A stretch of DNA of 63,559 nt, counting the filler, from Reticulomyxa filosa (lineage: Eukaryota > Protista > Foraminifera): assembly GCA_000512085.1 (NCBI GenBank). It is 18 parts of 18 records of this genome, joined end to end, with 100 filler letters (N's around TTAATTAATTAA, not from the genome) between each part and the next. Parts side by side here need not be neighbours in the genome. Positions count along the whole stretch, not along the records: positions 35,147 to 50,783 come from ASPP01006197.1; positions 50,884 to 52,090 come from ASPP01038944.1; positions 52,191 to 59,295 come from ASPP01010134.1; positions 59,396 to 60,506 come from ASPP01013703.1; positions 60,607 to 63,559 come from ASPP01012949.1; 13 more parts are not named here. One strand, written 5' to 3'. Below, in pieces: positions 48,740-61,645 of the stretch. A model generated the notes under the pieces. That model saw only the letters and a list, made by a program, of their open reading frames with translations, was not told the origin of the DNA and did not search any database. The translations under genes were made by a program, and so were the position numbers. Numbering within the stretch: the first letter of the stretch is position 1; every line of letters starts with the position of its first letter.

Positions 48740-50740
48740 TTATGTCAAGTTTAAATGTACAACGCAATGACGAAAAGACAACTAATGAAATTACATTTGA
48801 GAACTTGTGGAAAAAGAATATGTAAGTTCGACGATTAATGTGTAACTATAACGATTGTAGTAACTACAATTAATTATATAGAACTAAAATTAGCTACTTA
48901 TGTGATTAAGTTATTTAGATTAAGAACAAAAATATTCTGACCAGAAAGGTATTAGAAAATATATTTTCTGGAAATTTCATCAAACTATTTGTCTATTTTG
49001 ATATTGATATTAGCGATAAGCAGCTTATTCAACTTGCAAATAATTTTAACAAACTCAAGAATGTATAAATATAGCAAAAAGAAAATAAAGATAAAAATCA
49101 ATGAATTGTAAAGTAGCAAAGATTTGATATTTATTGCAAGACATTAGATGGGAACAAAAGAAAAAACGAGAAAAATTAGTGTAAATCCTGAAATAAATAA
49201 TCAAGATTGGATATTCAATGGTGAAAGTAGAATATTCGATAAAACCAAATCACGTCCAAAGTAGCACTCAAGCAATGCATAGAATGCTACATATTGAATC
49301 ATACGTTCGTGAGTGTCCAAAGAAAAGTAAATTATGTAAGTATTGAGTGTTGACAAATCATGAGGCAACGAAATGCAGAAATAAAAACGACATATTGTAA
49401 TAAACATCCAAGTGATTCATTGCAATGTAAAGTAATTCGCAAAGCAAGAGAAAAGCTTGGTATTTAATTGACAAGAAAGGAATATGCATTCCTGAAGAAG
49501 AAAGCATCCATTCTAATTAAATCAAAGCACTTATTACAATCAATTAACCAGACGTTAATGCAGATGCAAGAGAGTAAATTAACATTGCGAATACCAATGT
49601 GCAAGCAGGTCCATGATAAACGGATTTATTCCAAAGAAAAAAAAACTCCAAAGCACAAACGTTAGAACAAAACTTGTGTCAGAAGCAGCATCACATCTGT
49701 TTATTGCAAGAAAGATTCAGATCAAAGAAGAAGGACATTGATTACAATATCTTTATGTTTATCACTGTAGTGTTATGTCGAAGAGATTTACATTAATCAT
49801 CACGATCATTCAATAACATGACTGATACATTCAATGTATTTGATTATTGATCGTTTTAGGTGAAAATCACGTGTCCTGATTAAAAGAAACCATTATTCTG
49901 CAGTTTCTATCGAAATTTGCAGTGTGACCATTTCAATATTCAGGCACTCGAGCAAGAATTATAATTCATTGGATACAATTAAACCAAGAATACTATCACC
50001 CACATCGTTGATATTATGATCTAACCATGCAGGATGATGTGCATTCCAATCTCATCCAATGGCAATATATTCTGCATATTATCAATACATTATCATTTGA
50101 CTGCACGTTCATGGAAGACAATGCGACATCAAGCATTGATATCCACAATTAAATGTTAAAGAATGGTGGCAATGCAATGATTGAATCACTGGTATTCTTA
50201 TTTGGATGGAGTTTCCGAATGGGATATGCCTAATGCGTGGAAAAAGGCAAACATTGTGAATGACAGAGATCACAGTCAGTGCAAGAATTATAGACCGATC
50301 GCGTTGCTATCAAGTGTTGGTAAATTGATGTTTGAGAAATGGATTGAAATATAAAATGAGAAATGAATTTAAATTAGATGGAATATTATATTGGTGATAG
50401 TTTCTTCCCAGATCGACTCGGAAAAGTTGTATTAAAAAAAAATTCCTTCATCATCGATACTAACTTTTGTTAAAATAGTTGTATTTTGAAGGAGATAACG
50501 TTTAAAGTAGCAAGATACTTCGCCATCTAAGTGTTTTTGGAAGAGATTTCGAAAATCGAGTATGATATGCTGTATTATTGGACATATCATCGGCATATGA
50601 CAGCGTATATAGAGATGGATTAAGACACAAGATGAGATATAAATTCGGATTAAAAGGAAGAATGTATTGATGGTTGGATAGCTTTCTCAAAGATCGAATT
50701 GGACAAGTAGTATTGAATGGAATCAATTCCAGTGAAAAAA
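48740..50740 (+). mobile_element. Decayed non-LTR retrotransposon (LINE): zinc-knuckle ORF1, APE endonuclease, reverse transcriptase
   Basis: Three knuckles at 49273-49428 (QCIECYILNH..REC; CKY*VLTNHEATKC; YCNK.HPSDSLQC). APE-like HICLLQE and FCSFYRN. RT: MLKNGG..MPNAWKKANIV..CKNYRPIALLSSVGKLM and AVLLDISSAYDSV..WLDSFLKDRIGQVVLNG. Confidence 0.92.
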
Positions 50741-51049
50741 AACAACTATATTATCATCATTAATGATCGTCGTGAAAAATGTCNNNNNNNNNNNNNNNNN
50801 NNNNNNNNNNNNNNNNNNNNNNNNNNNTTAATTAATTAANNNNNNNNNNNNNNNNNNNNNNNNNNNNNNNNNNNNNNNNNNNNCAATTTTCTACAATAAT
50901 CCAATTTTCGTTAAACCGATTTCTTTTTTTCTTAATGCCACGTGATATATTTTTTTTGTTTTGTTTTCCCCCTTGCAATACATGATCGATGTTAACAGAT
51001 TTTAGTGTTGTGTATGATCGCAATGAAGAAATGTATAAAAAAAATATAT

Positions 51050-51920
51050 TATGCACAACTGACTGATATTGGCCTAATTCAATGATCAATTCATCAAACT
51101 CATCATCACCAATATTTGTTGGTAATGTAATTGAGACACGTTGTTAGTAAGAAGCACACTTGGTTGGATCAAACTGTAACGAATTTTGTCGGCGTATTGA
51201 AATGGTGTGAAGGAGCCATGACAGAGAATAAGACATTACATACGCATGATATCGTTGTTATTAAGACTTACCAAACACTATCAATCCTCTCGCTTGACGG
51301 TCCATACGATGGATTAATTCGGGTGTCATTGTGAGATTGAGTGCGTTCATGTGCGGAGACAACATTTACGCCTGCTGCTCTAACGTCAATGCATTGTTTT
51401 GAATACGCTTGCACAAATCTGGGACCATTTCCAAAAGTATATTTATCAATACATTGTCTTGATACTTGTTATTGTTTTCAGACAAATGTACGCTTCATCC
51501 CCGGAGGTATATTTATCACCACTATTTCTTCATATTCATACATAATCAATTCTTCCGAGTGACCAATATATTTTTCCAGAGACACTCGTATCTATAAAAA
51601 TTTTTCACCAACAAATAAACAATGCATAATTAGGAATATGGACCAAACACACACATATATACATATATGTATATTTCAAACTTTTTGGAAAGGCAGTGTT
51701 TCAACGCATTGACCAAAGTGTCATGTGAACACTGTGAGGAAAAAAATGCTCATATTGTTGTGTGAGTTGTTCGTATTGTTCTGGTGGCAAGCGTTTTAAT
51801 CTCTTTTCAATCTGTCCTCTCGACAGCTGTGCCACTTTATTTTATTTTTGCCAAGTGCATTTCAGTCGCTAACAACCCAATCCATATTTTTCTCTTGATT
51901 TTCCATTGCCATCCATCTGA
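51050..51920 (-). pseudogene. RluA-family RNA pseudouridine synthase fragment, disrupted
   Basis: Motif I YEYEEIVVINIPPG (cf. NKPxG) and motif II PELIHRMDRQARGLIVFGKS (cf. HRLDxxTSGxxxxAK) at about 51265-51325. Stops and frameshifts. Confidence 0.75.
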
Positions 51921-52692
51921 GTCATTCGTTTTTTTTTATGTGTTAACACAGAGCAATTCATCCCGTCAATAAGCATTTATGGTATTTATTATACATATCA
52001 ATGGAATACTTGTCAAATAATAATACCTTTAAATCGAATAAGTTTGAGTTGTTGCCAATTGTTACGTTAATTGCTAAATCTATTTACAAANNNNNNNNNN
52101 NNNNNNNNNNNNNNNNNNNNNNNNNNNNNNNNNNTTAATTAATTAANNNNNNNNNNNNNNNNNNNNNNNNNNNNNNNNNNNNNNNNNNNNTATGTAAAAG
52201 AAAATTTCAAATATTGTCTATTATTTGACTTTATCCGATTAAACATTTCATTTTCAAAGTCACAAAACAAAGTTAAATTTTTGTTCTTTTCGAGTACCAT
52301 CATAAAAAAAAAACCAATCAAATAGTCAAAATTCATCTTCTGTATTTCATAATAATTTGCGGCTTACCATTATGCAACATCAGCATTTTTTCAAAAAAAC
52401 TTCAAAAACGCATTCACCTTCCATTTGGCTATCGTCCCAAATTAATTTGGTCACTTCGAATTTTTTAACTTCTTTTTGTTTTTTTATAAGTCCTTAGTAC
52501 TTGCATAATCATTTATTACAAAAATACAAAATTAAAAATTACACAAGTTGAGCTCTGAAAAAAAAATAGCATACTAAAACATATTTTCAGATTTATAAAA
52601 TCTTCATTATAATTTAATGAGAAGATGTTTGTCTTTTTTTCTTGTATATCTTTTACAAATTACAAGGATATCAAGTGTTTTGTTTAAAAAAA

Positions 52693-52950
52693 ATGAAGGA
52701 CTATATTTGCCAAGTTCAAAATAGTGATCATTTATGGGTCAATCCGAACGAAGAAAAATGCACACTACCTCTTACTAAAAATGGAGATAAAGAAAGTAGT
52801 TGGATATTTTCGCTTGTAATAAGAACTGTGTTAAATCCTCTAAAAATGTTCAAATGCCCAAACTGTCAAACGGATAGACATTTTAGTTGGAAAAGAGAAA
52901 ATAATTTATGCTTTTGTTGTGATGTCTGGAAGACTGCAACATTAGTTTAG
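52693..52950 (+). CDS. Small Cys-rich protein, possible zinc ribbon
   Basis: 85-aa ORF from ATG in an AT-rich background. FKCPNCQTDR...CFCCDVW. Confidence 0.4.
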   Translation: MKDYICQVQNSDHLWVNPNEEKCTLPLTKNGDKESSWIFSLVIRTVLNPLKMFKCPNCQTDRHFSWKRENNLCFCCDVWKTATLV

Positions 52951-53269
52951 GAAATGAAATATAAATTCAACAACATATAGTACATTAATATAAAACAATT
53001 TTTTTTTATTCAATTATTTAAAAAATTTAAACTTTTAAACATAAGACTGAGCGCAGTGATAAAAGAATAGTTGAATGCATACATGTTAATATTCATAGTT
53101 GTAAAAAATGCAAGCTAAAATCCGCTGTAAGATATTTCACTTTTTGATCCAAAGCAGAAAAAAAAAAACAACAAAAAATTGTATACATATTGTTTTTTTA
53201 TACTTCTGTTTTGATTGTCATTGCGATCAATGCAAGCTTACATACAAGCAACATTAAGGCAAAGTTTGC

Positions 53270-54114
53270 AAAAAGTATATTCCACCCACCAACAGCAGTC
53301 ACCAGACGCAAATCGTGCATGGTCTTGGTCACAACGGCCATCCTCTTTCGTTGACGATTGTCACAATTGGACACGCTCCAAATGGAAGATTCAGGTCTTC
53401 ATAGCGTAACTTTAGTACTGGCAGTGCACATAGACAATACAATGCCATTTGCCAGTCTTCTTTTTTTGCAGGGGCGATCAGTACAGACCATTGCGATTGG
53501 TCTTCCTTTTCCTCTGTCGACGCGTTGGTTGATGACCATATTTGAATGTACAGAAGACAACGTGAGATCCATGCCAATGCTATTGCTATCACCATTGTCT
53601 TGGTCGGTGTTCTCATGGCGAATGAAAGGATAATGAAAAAAGGTTCCATCGGTCCCATCCGTGGAACGTTCATACATTCCTTTCTATATATCCCTTTTTT
53701 TTTTTTTTTTTTATTATATATTTCACAATGTTTTTACTTTTTTTTTTTTTGTGAGATCAAACCAACTACCTTCTCTTTGTACTTTCCATTTTTTCTTTTC
53801 TTTTTTCTATTCTTCCACAAATCGACGTTCACAAAATCTTTTTTCTCTTCTTTTGCTTTCGTGTCTCCAGAACAATACCTCGATGTTTTTACAGCCATAT
53901 TCATCACTGTCTCCACGTTACTGTTTTCTTTCCATACTTCTTTTTCTTCCTTGCCTTTCTCCTTATTGGTTTCTTCATTGTTGCTTGTTGACACAATCAG
54001 CCCAAGACCTTCCAAGTGCTCCGACAGATCACAAGGATCAAGTTGATTTTGTTGTGTTTTCAAAGTGTCATCCACTTGTGGCCATTCGATCAGAGTAGAT
54101 GCTTTATTCCCCAT
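53270..54114 (-). pseudogene. Hypothetical gene with MGNKAS myristoylation-like start, disrupted
   Basis: MGNKASTLIEWP.. ORF, A-rich intron-like gap, then overlapping broken frames at 53329-53677. Confidence 0.4.
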
Positions 54115-54120
54115 TTGCAA

Positions 54121-54152
<32 letters not shown>

Positions 54153-57100
54153 CTTTTTTTTCAAGAATGTTAATAGTTTTTTTTTGGAAAAAGGCTCTAG
54201 AGACGTTTTCAAAATGTAGGGTCCTATTTGTTGAAATTATGTGTAAATCTTCTACAACGAAGGAAAAAACATTTTGTATAATTAAGTAATTGATCAAATA
54301 ACACGCAAAAATTGTTTAAAATTTTGATATCTGTTCGATTTTTATTAACAAAATAAATGTGATTTTATTATTTGAATTATTTGTTACTTTTTAAAGCGAA
54401 TATATGATAAAAAGATAAAAGAGAATTGTATTATTTTTCAAATAAGTATTGCAATATTAAATTTGTTACAACCATTTGTAACATGTATAATTTGAGAGAT
54501 AGTTTATAACAGTTGAAAGAGGCTAGATTATCTTCTTGATTTTGTTCTTGTCCTCACATGAAATGCGCATCAAAGAAAGATAGTTCAAAATATAATAGCT
54601 AGTAGAGAATAAATTGAAGGATAGTTTATTAGAGATTATTCATTTCCTTTGGTCCAACAATTGGTTTTTGCAAAAACTCTTCAATGATACATTTACTACA
54701 ATTGACAATCTGTTTTTGTTATTTTCTTGTTGCATTATTTATGTAAATGTTTAGAAATATGCAAGCCATTTCATTCTAAAAATTGACCAAATTATGCAAC
54801 GTTTTTACTTAGTATTTTCTATTTTAATAAAGATAACATATACCATAATTATCTTGTAAAAAAATTTCTACTTTCTAACGAATAAGATATAAATCAATAT
54901 CAAAATACTCAAATTATTTTTTCAACAAAATATTAAAAATTTTTTGAACATCTTCTTTTGAGTATTTTTGTACTGCCTCTTCCTGCTTTCAAAGAATAAG
55001 GTTGGCAAAAACTTAAACAGTTCATTGAGGTTATAAATTCCTATAATCTATCAAAGCAAAGATCAAATGACTCTGTCTTTTTGATTATGTGAATTGTCCT
55101 TTTTATTTGTTTTATTTTAATTTTGATATTTCGTTCAAATTGTCTAGGACAAATCACATCTAGACAAATAAAGTCGTTAATATCTTCTTATTGGTTCATT
55201 TTTAAAACCCAGGCAAGTCTTCTGTTGAGCACTTAACTCCACATTAGTCTTCATCCCTCTTTGCTTTGTTTCTTGCTTCTTTAGATAGATTAATTGATTA
55301 AAAGAGTTTTTTTGGAAAAAAAAGTGTTATCAAATACTGAAATCATGAAAAATAGATAAAATATTTATTGTTAAAGCCAAAATAATTACAAACGTATTTG
55401 CTCTTATTCAAATACTTAATTTATTTAAATAAATAAATTTGCTAAAAGTAAATTATGATTAATTGATAATAAGAATGAACAGCCAAATCAAGATCATCTG
55501 GAACATTATTAAAGAAAGCATATAATGAAAAAAAATTCTATTATGAATTAATATATTAATGCTTAAAACAGAAAAAAATCTTGTTGCTTGAATACTGTTG
55601 GAGAACCGTAAGAAGGTAATTGTTGTAACGTTCAATTTACATTCAATATAATAATGTGTATAGTAACATATTGTGTACAAAAGAAAGGAATATGAGCAAT
55701 TATTTTTGAGAAGCTCATTACAGTTTACCTTCATTTGATGACTGAAAAATATGAAGAGGATCGATTTTCTCCATAAAAAATAGAGTAAATCTTGTTTAAA
55801 AAACGCATCAAATATCATTTATTAGACTCTATCAAATCATTTATCACAATGAATCAAAAAATTAATTGTCTTTCACCAATACAAGAGCAAAAGGACGCCC
55901 ACTATTTGTTTAAGTTTGGTCAAAACGTTTTTTGTTTATCTAACTTTTAGTTTTAAGTTTTGAACATGTTTTATTAAAAGGTCATTACAAAATAAATTGA
56001 ACAACTTATTTATTTCATTTGCAAGAAAATTGCCAACAATTCTATTGAAATAGACAAAGGCGTTGATGTATAGAATGTCCAAAACTTTGTCGTAACTTGA
56101 TTTCATTGAATAAATATTTTAAAACAAATTTTTATATTTTTATATTTATTTCCAATTATCAAATATCATGGTTCAATATACCATTGAATAATATACTTGT
56201 TGTTATCTTTTTGAATTCCTCCAACACACGTTCAGCACTTCGTTGCTCACCTTCTTATAGTCCTTCATCCTCGCCACCATGACATCACACAAGTCATCAT
56301 CACCATCTCATAGCGCTCCTGCTTCTTCAAGTACTCCAACAATTCCTTGCTCTGGCTCCATTCTTTGGTCTGTCTGGCTCGTCTCTTTATCTCGGTCGCT
56401 CTCGTACTTGGCCTTCATTAACACTTGCAAGCCCTCCACGTTTTGATACAGCATCGCCATATTCAACGCTTCGTCAAATGTTTTCGCATGTGTTTCGGCG
56501 TTACCATTTCCGACTCTAACACGTATCGTAGGCATTTCAATTTATTCGTTGTCACTGAACACACCAAGTGTCCTAATAAATTCACTTTTATATTTCATAT
56601 ACGCATATGTGCGCATGTGCGCGTATATGTATGTGTGTGCACGCTCATATATCATCTGTACGTGTATGCATTTATTAACGTATACATATCGCCATGTATA
56701 CATACGTATACATGTACATATCTAAAACTCTTTTATTTTTTTTAGAAAAAAAAAAGCTCAACCAAAAGCGTTTAAAATTAAACTCTCTGTCCCAAATTAC
56801 TTGTCTCTGTGCATTATACTTTTCCAAAATACTTACAAATAAATGCGCTTTTTTGTCGTACGCATATGGCATGCATACCTTTGCTTGTGTGACCATATAA
56901 TCACATTTCGTCCATGTTTGGATTGCTAGCAAAAAAAAAAATATATATATATACATATATGAAAAAGAATGGTTATCATGTTCTGTACAAACTCTTTGTC
57001 AATGATTTCATTTGCTTCAAAGAGAACATATAAACAAACAAGCAGCAAACAGAAAAACACACGAAACGAAGCAGCGTTGGCCCTTTCTTGACATTTGCAG

Positions 57101-57720
57101 AAAGAATCCACAATTTTTTCAATTACTGCATCTCGTAATTCTATTCAAATAACAAAAGTAACAAAAGTGATAAAAGATATAGAGAAAAGTTAAATTATGT
57201 GCAAAGAGCTTTTTTAAAAATTTTATTTTATTAAAAAAAATATACGTTAGGAGACATACACATACATACTGTCATTAGCAAAGGTCAACACTCACTTTGT
57301 TTTTGCAAAGGATAAACCAACAGAAAATTCAGCGTCAGTAGGTTTTCCAGTTTTTTCAATTTGAAAATCTTTATTGTACAATGAATACCCACCTTTGTAT
57401 TTGCCACGTGTCGACACTAATACCAATTTGTTTTTTAGAATTTATTTGAATGCTAATTCTGACAATTTTCTTGAAATACCTTTCACATGAATATCAATTC
57501 ATTGCCCATTAAATGCTTCACAGACATGTGTTTTTGATATTCTAGTTCCAATTAGATATCGTTTCATTAATAATTGTAATGCCGAAGTAAAAATAGTTTC
57601 TAACTTAATTTTGTGAATACGCCCACCTGGTGAACTTCACCTTAGCCACACTCAAAGTGTGTTACTAGGTCCTCCCACGTAGAGGGTTGGTGGTTGCGAT
57701 TTTTAGGACCCACCGGAACA

Positions 57721-57855
57721 ATCTTGGCAGCAACAATCTTTACTGGAACCATCTTTACTGGTGCCATCTTTACTGGAACCATCTTTACTGGAACCATCTT
57801 TACTGGAACCATCTTTACCGGAACTATCTTTACTGGAGCCATCTTGCTGGACCGG
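57721..57855. repeat. 15-bp minisatellite (ATCTTTACTGGAACC), 8 full units plus a partial
   Basis: Units start at 57721, 57736, 57751, 57766, 57781, 57796, 57811, 57826 and 57841. Confidence 0.95.
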
Positions 57856-57910
57856 AGCCATCTTGTTGTGCTATAGCAATACACATACAACAAACAAATA
57901 TTTTTCATTT

Positions 57911-58768
57911 GTAGAGGAAGAATAGAAAATAAATAGAAGAAGAAGAGGAAGAGATTAGACGAGAAGAGAATAGACTAGATTAGAAGAGACGATATGATAT
58001 GAGATGAAAATAGAATCGAAGAAAAGAGAGGAGATGAGAATAGAATAGATGAGATTAGAAGTGAAGTGAAGAAAAGTGAAGTGAAGAGACTAGATGAGAC
58101 GAGATGAGATGAGAAGGGAAGAGAATTGAAGAGAATGGAAGAGAAGTGCATAGAAGTGAAGAGAAGAGAATGGAAGAGAAGTGTATAGAAGTGAAGAGAA
58201 GTGAAGTGAAGAGAATTGAAGAGAAATGTATAGAAGTGAAGAGAAGTGAAGTGAAGAGAATTGAAGAGAAGAGAAGTGAAGAGAAGAATAAATGAAGTGA
58301 ATAGAAGTGAAGAGAAGAGAAAGGAAGAGAAGCGAAGAGAAGAGAATAGAAGCAAAAAGAAGTGAAGAGGAGATGGGATAAGATGAGAATAGAATGGAAG
58401 AGAAGAGATGAGATTAGATTAGATGAGATGAGAAGTGAAGTGAAGAAAAGTGAAGTGAAGAGAAGATAAGTGAATTGAAGTGAAGTGAAGTGAAGTGAAG
58501 AGAATGGAAGTAAAGTGAAAAAAAGTGAATTGAATTGAAGTGAAGTGAAGTGAAGAGAAGTGAAGAGCAGAGATGAGATGAGAAGAGAAGTGAAGTGAAG
58601 TGAAGCGAAGATAATTGAAGTGAATAGAAGTGAAGAGCAGAGATGAGATGAGAAGAGAAGGGAAGAGAAGATAAGAGATGAGATTAGAAGTGAAGAAAAG
58701 TGAAGTGAAGTGAAGAAAGAGATTAGATGAAAAGAGAAGTGAATAGAATTGAAGAGATGAGATGAGAA
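57911..58768. repeat. Purine-rich degenerate 5-mer satellite (GAAGT/GAGAA/GAGAT/GAATT)
   Basis: ~850 bp of pentamer variants with almost no C on the + strand. Confidence 0.95.
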
Positions 58769-59395
58769 GCAGACGATCAGACGACGAGCAGCCGATGTGA
58801 AACAGAATAGAAGACGACGATTGCTGTTCACTGGATATTGTTCGGTTTAAATTCTTTCTGCTCACATGATTCAATGTTCTTGCATATGTACGTATTGTCA
58901 CATCAAATTTTTGCTAATATTCAAAGCAAATCAGTTAGTTATGTACACACACATATATATGTATATATATTTGTATATATATTTGTATATATATGTTTAT
59001 ATAGTGTCACTTCCATTTGGCTTATCTTCACTTGGAGCGTGTGCAAGTATATGTTTGTCGATTTTTTCTTCTTCCGCTTGGTTTTTGTCTTTGTCTTTGT
59101 GTTTGCTTTCGTCCTCTTTGTGTTGCTTTTTTGCATTATCAAATGCAGATTGCATTTGTTTCATATCATTTAATAATTTTATTTATTTACCAATATTATA
59201 ATCTAATGTATTATATATTAGAAGATTTTAAATCCCATAATGCTTGATATGATAACCATGAATGTGCATCTTCACATAAACGATATGATCTAATANNNNN
59301 NNNNNNNNNNNNNNNNNNNNNNNNNNNNNNNNNNNNNNNTTAATTAATTAANNNNNNNNNNNNNNNNNNNNNNNNNNNNNNNNNNNNNNNNNNNN

Positions 59396-59785
59396 AAAAG
59401 CAAGAACAAAGATAGACTTCAAAACAAACTAAAAAGTAAGAACAAGCTCGAAGACAAGAGTAAAAGGGCGAGCAAGATCAAACGTAAAAGCCAAAACCAG
59501 ACAAAAGATCAATACTACAAAGATCAATATGAAGACCAGTATGACGATAAACGCGAAAGTAAAAGTAAAAGTAAAAGCAAAAGCAAAAGCAAAAGCAAGC
59601 CCATAAACAAAGGCAAAAGCAAAGTGAAGCAGGAAATAACAAATAAGCCACAAATGTCAAAACACGAACGCAGTGAAAGCGACCCCGGCTCAAAGAAAAA
59701 GCGCTCACAAATATACACGAGTTCGACAAAGACAATTGCAACGACAATAACGTCAACAACACCAACATCAACAACACCAAACACC

Positions 59786-59822
<37 letters not shown>

Positions 59823-60506
59823 GCAATAACACCAATACCAACGACAACAACAACAACAACAACAACAGTAGCTAGGACATCGCAGCCTTTTCATAAAGAG
59901 AGATTGCTTATGACGCAATTGTCAAATACGAGAGGCGAGGAGAGCGCACATACGAAGCGACCCATTTCGAAAGATGACAGCGCAAGTGCAATTGGCGATG
60001 AGTTGCATCTCCACATGAACACGAACAGCAGCACGGTCAATGACATTTTGCTTTCGCGATCCGAAGAAAGCGCAGACACCATGTCCACGTCCAACAAAGA
60101 CATTGACTCGTATCTCAGTCTCGCCCATCCCCATACAAAGACGTTGAATATTCTCACCTTTGTCACAGCTGCTGTGCCAAAACAGTCAGAAAAAAACAAA
60201 GGTTTAGTAAATCCATCTCTTCCTCCTTTGTTATTGTTATTGTTATTGTTATTGTTGTCTCTTTTTATTGTATTTATTCGTTTGTCTGATATTATGTGTG
60301 TGTGTAGTCGAATGTGTTTACTCGAGACAACACAAAACCAAATAAACATCATCTGCAAGATGTGCACACGAATCAAAATCCGATTATCTCTTCCAACAAT
60401 GGATCGACGATGGGGGGTCCAAAAAACGACCGTGTTTTGACGACGACAAATGCGAAAGATATTAACAACAATAACAATAACAATAATAATAATAATAATA
60501 ATAATA
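59396..60506 (+). CDS. Low-complexity hypothetical protein fragment (K/S dipeptide, Asn/Thr tracts)
   Basis: + ORFs 59624-59875, 59904-60200 and 60314-60506 with an intron. (AAC)n at about 59785-59865. Frame lesion near 59875. Confidence 0.45.
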
Positions 60507-60677
60507 NNNNNNNNNNNNNNNNNNNNNNNNNNNNNNNNNNNNNNNNNNNNTTAATTAATTAANNNNNNNNNNNNNNNNNNNNNNNNNNNNNNNNNNNNNN
60601 NNNNNNTATATACATATATATACATATACATATATATACATATATATACATATATATACATATATATAATACATTTC

Positions 60678-61133
60678 AGTGGGGGATGTGTCGTCGGATC
60701 TCAGAAATGCCAAAATTTTTGGATCGCTGGATGCAACTGAGATGTTTGGTAATGTATCCAATTTCAGATCGGTATCTTGTTGCTGTGATTGCTTTTGCGG
60801 CTGACGCTGCCGTTGTCGCTTGCGCTGCCTTTTCATTGGCGCTGATGCACTTGTCTCCTCTTTTATTGTCTTTTCCTTTTCTTCCCATTCTGTGTCGCTC
60901 TGCTTTTCATTGTGCAATGTTAATGCGCATACAAGGTCTGTGGCTGTCATTTTTGTTCGTAATGAATGGGTGGTGAATTTCACACTTTCTTGAATTAACT
61001 GTTTCGTCAATGTCTTCAATTGCTTTTCTATTTCTTGGCTTGCTTCCACAAAGTCAAAACTAACTGTCAGATTTTGTGATTTTGTTAGTTGCTGCAAAAA
61101 TCCGGCCAAGTTTACAGGCTCCATGGAGGACAT
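60678..61133 (-). CDS. TAF6: TAF6-like N-terminal histone-fold protein (3' truncated)
   Basis: LIQESVKFTTHSLRTKMTATDLVCALTLHN resembles the TAF6 IxQEAxKFMRHSKRxxLTTxDIxxALxLxN segment. Confidence 0.6.
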
Positions 61134-61645
61134 TATGGCCGCGTCAATGTTCGCCAAAAGGGGCAGCACGCAAAAAAAAACATTTACAACTAGTAAGTTG
61201 GAAACAAAATCTCAGTTGTATTTTTAATGCATTGTAGTTCATTTTTGAAACTAACAAAGATAACTCATTGTCTTCATTCATCAATAAATTTAGGGCATGA
61301 TTAAAAACCTTCGATGAAGTGTAAACAAAATTTAAAAGAGTCCTAATTTAAAAACCTGCATAGTTAAAAAATCAATTTAGATCGATTAAAAATACATGTG
61401 TGATCGTGTTCCATATGTCAGCAAAAATAACAATGCATTTTAAAAACTCAACTAACAAAAAAAGTATAAAGTGCGCATTCTTTTGGCAAATTATCGTATA
61501 TTGAGTAAACATACAGCGTAAGGCCAAAGGTCAAAATAGTTGCAATTTTAGATTTATTTGCAGATTTGTATGACACACGAAAAAAAAGTAAGTTCCAAAC
61601 CAAGGAGGAAAAAGTTTTAGTTCTTCATTATTATTTTTTAAGATC

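Larger units (their letters stand above)
56200..59170 (-). pseudogene. Disrupted multi-exon hypothetical gene spanning the minisatellite and satellite
   Basis: Exon-like minus-strand blocks (56308-56570, 56760-56925, 56970-57140, 57270-57870, 59000-59170) separated by TA-rich introns. In-frame stops. Confidence 0.35.

Noticed and set aside
57721-57855. CRISPR array or pentapeptide-repeat protein (TIFTG/AIFTG)
   Set aside because: The units are contiguous with no spacers and there are no cas genes. The + frame is short with no credible start or flanking domain, and the surrounding gene relics are on the minus strand.
57975-58901. Long S/L/F/H-rich ORFs (126, 258 and 160 aa)
   Set aside because: These are translations of the pentamer satellite.
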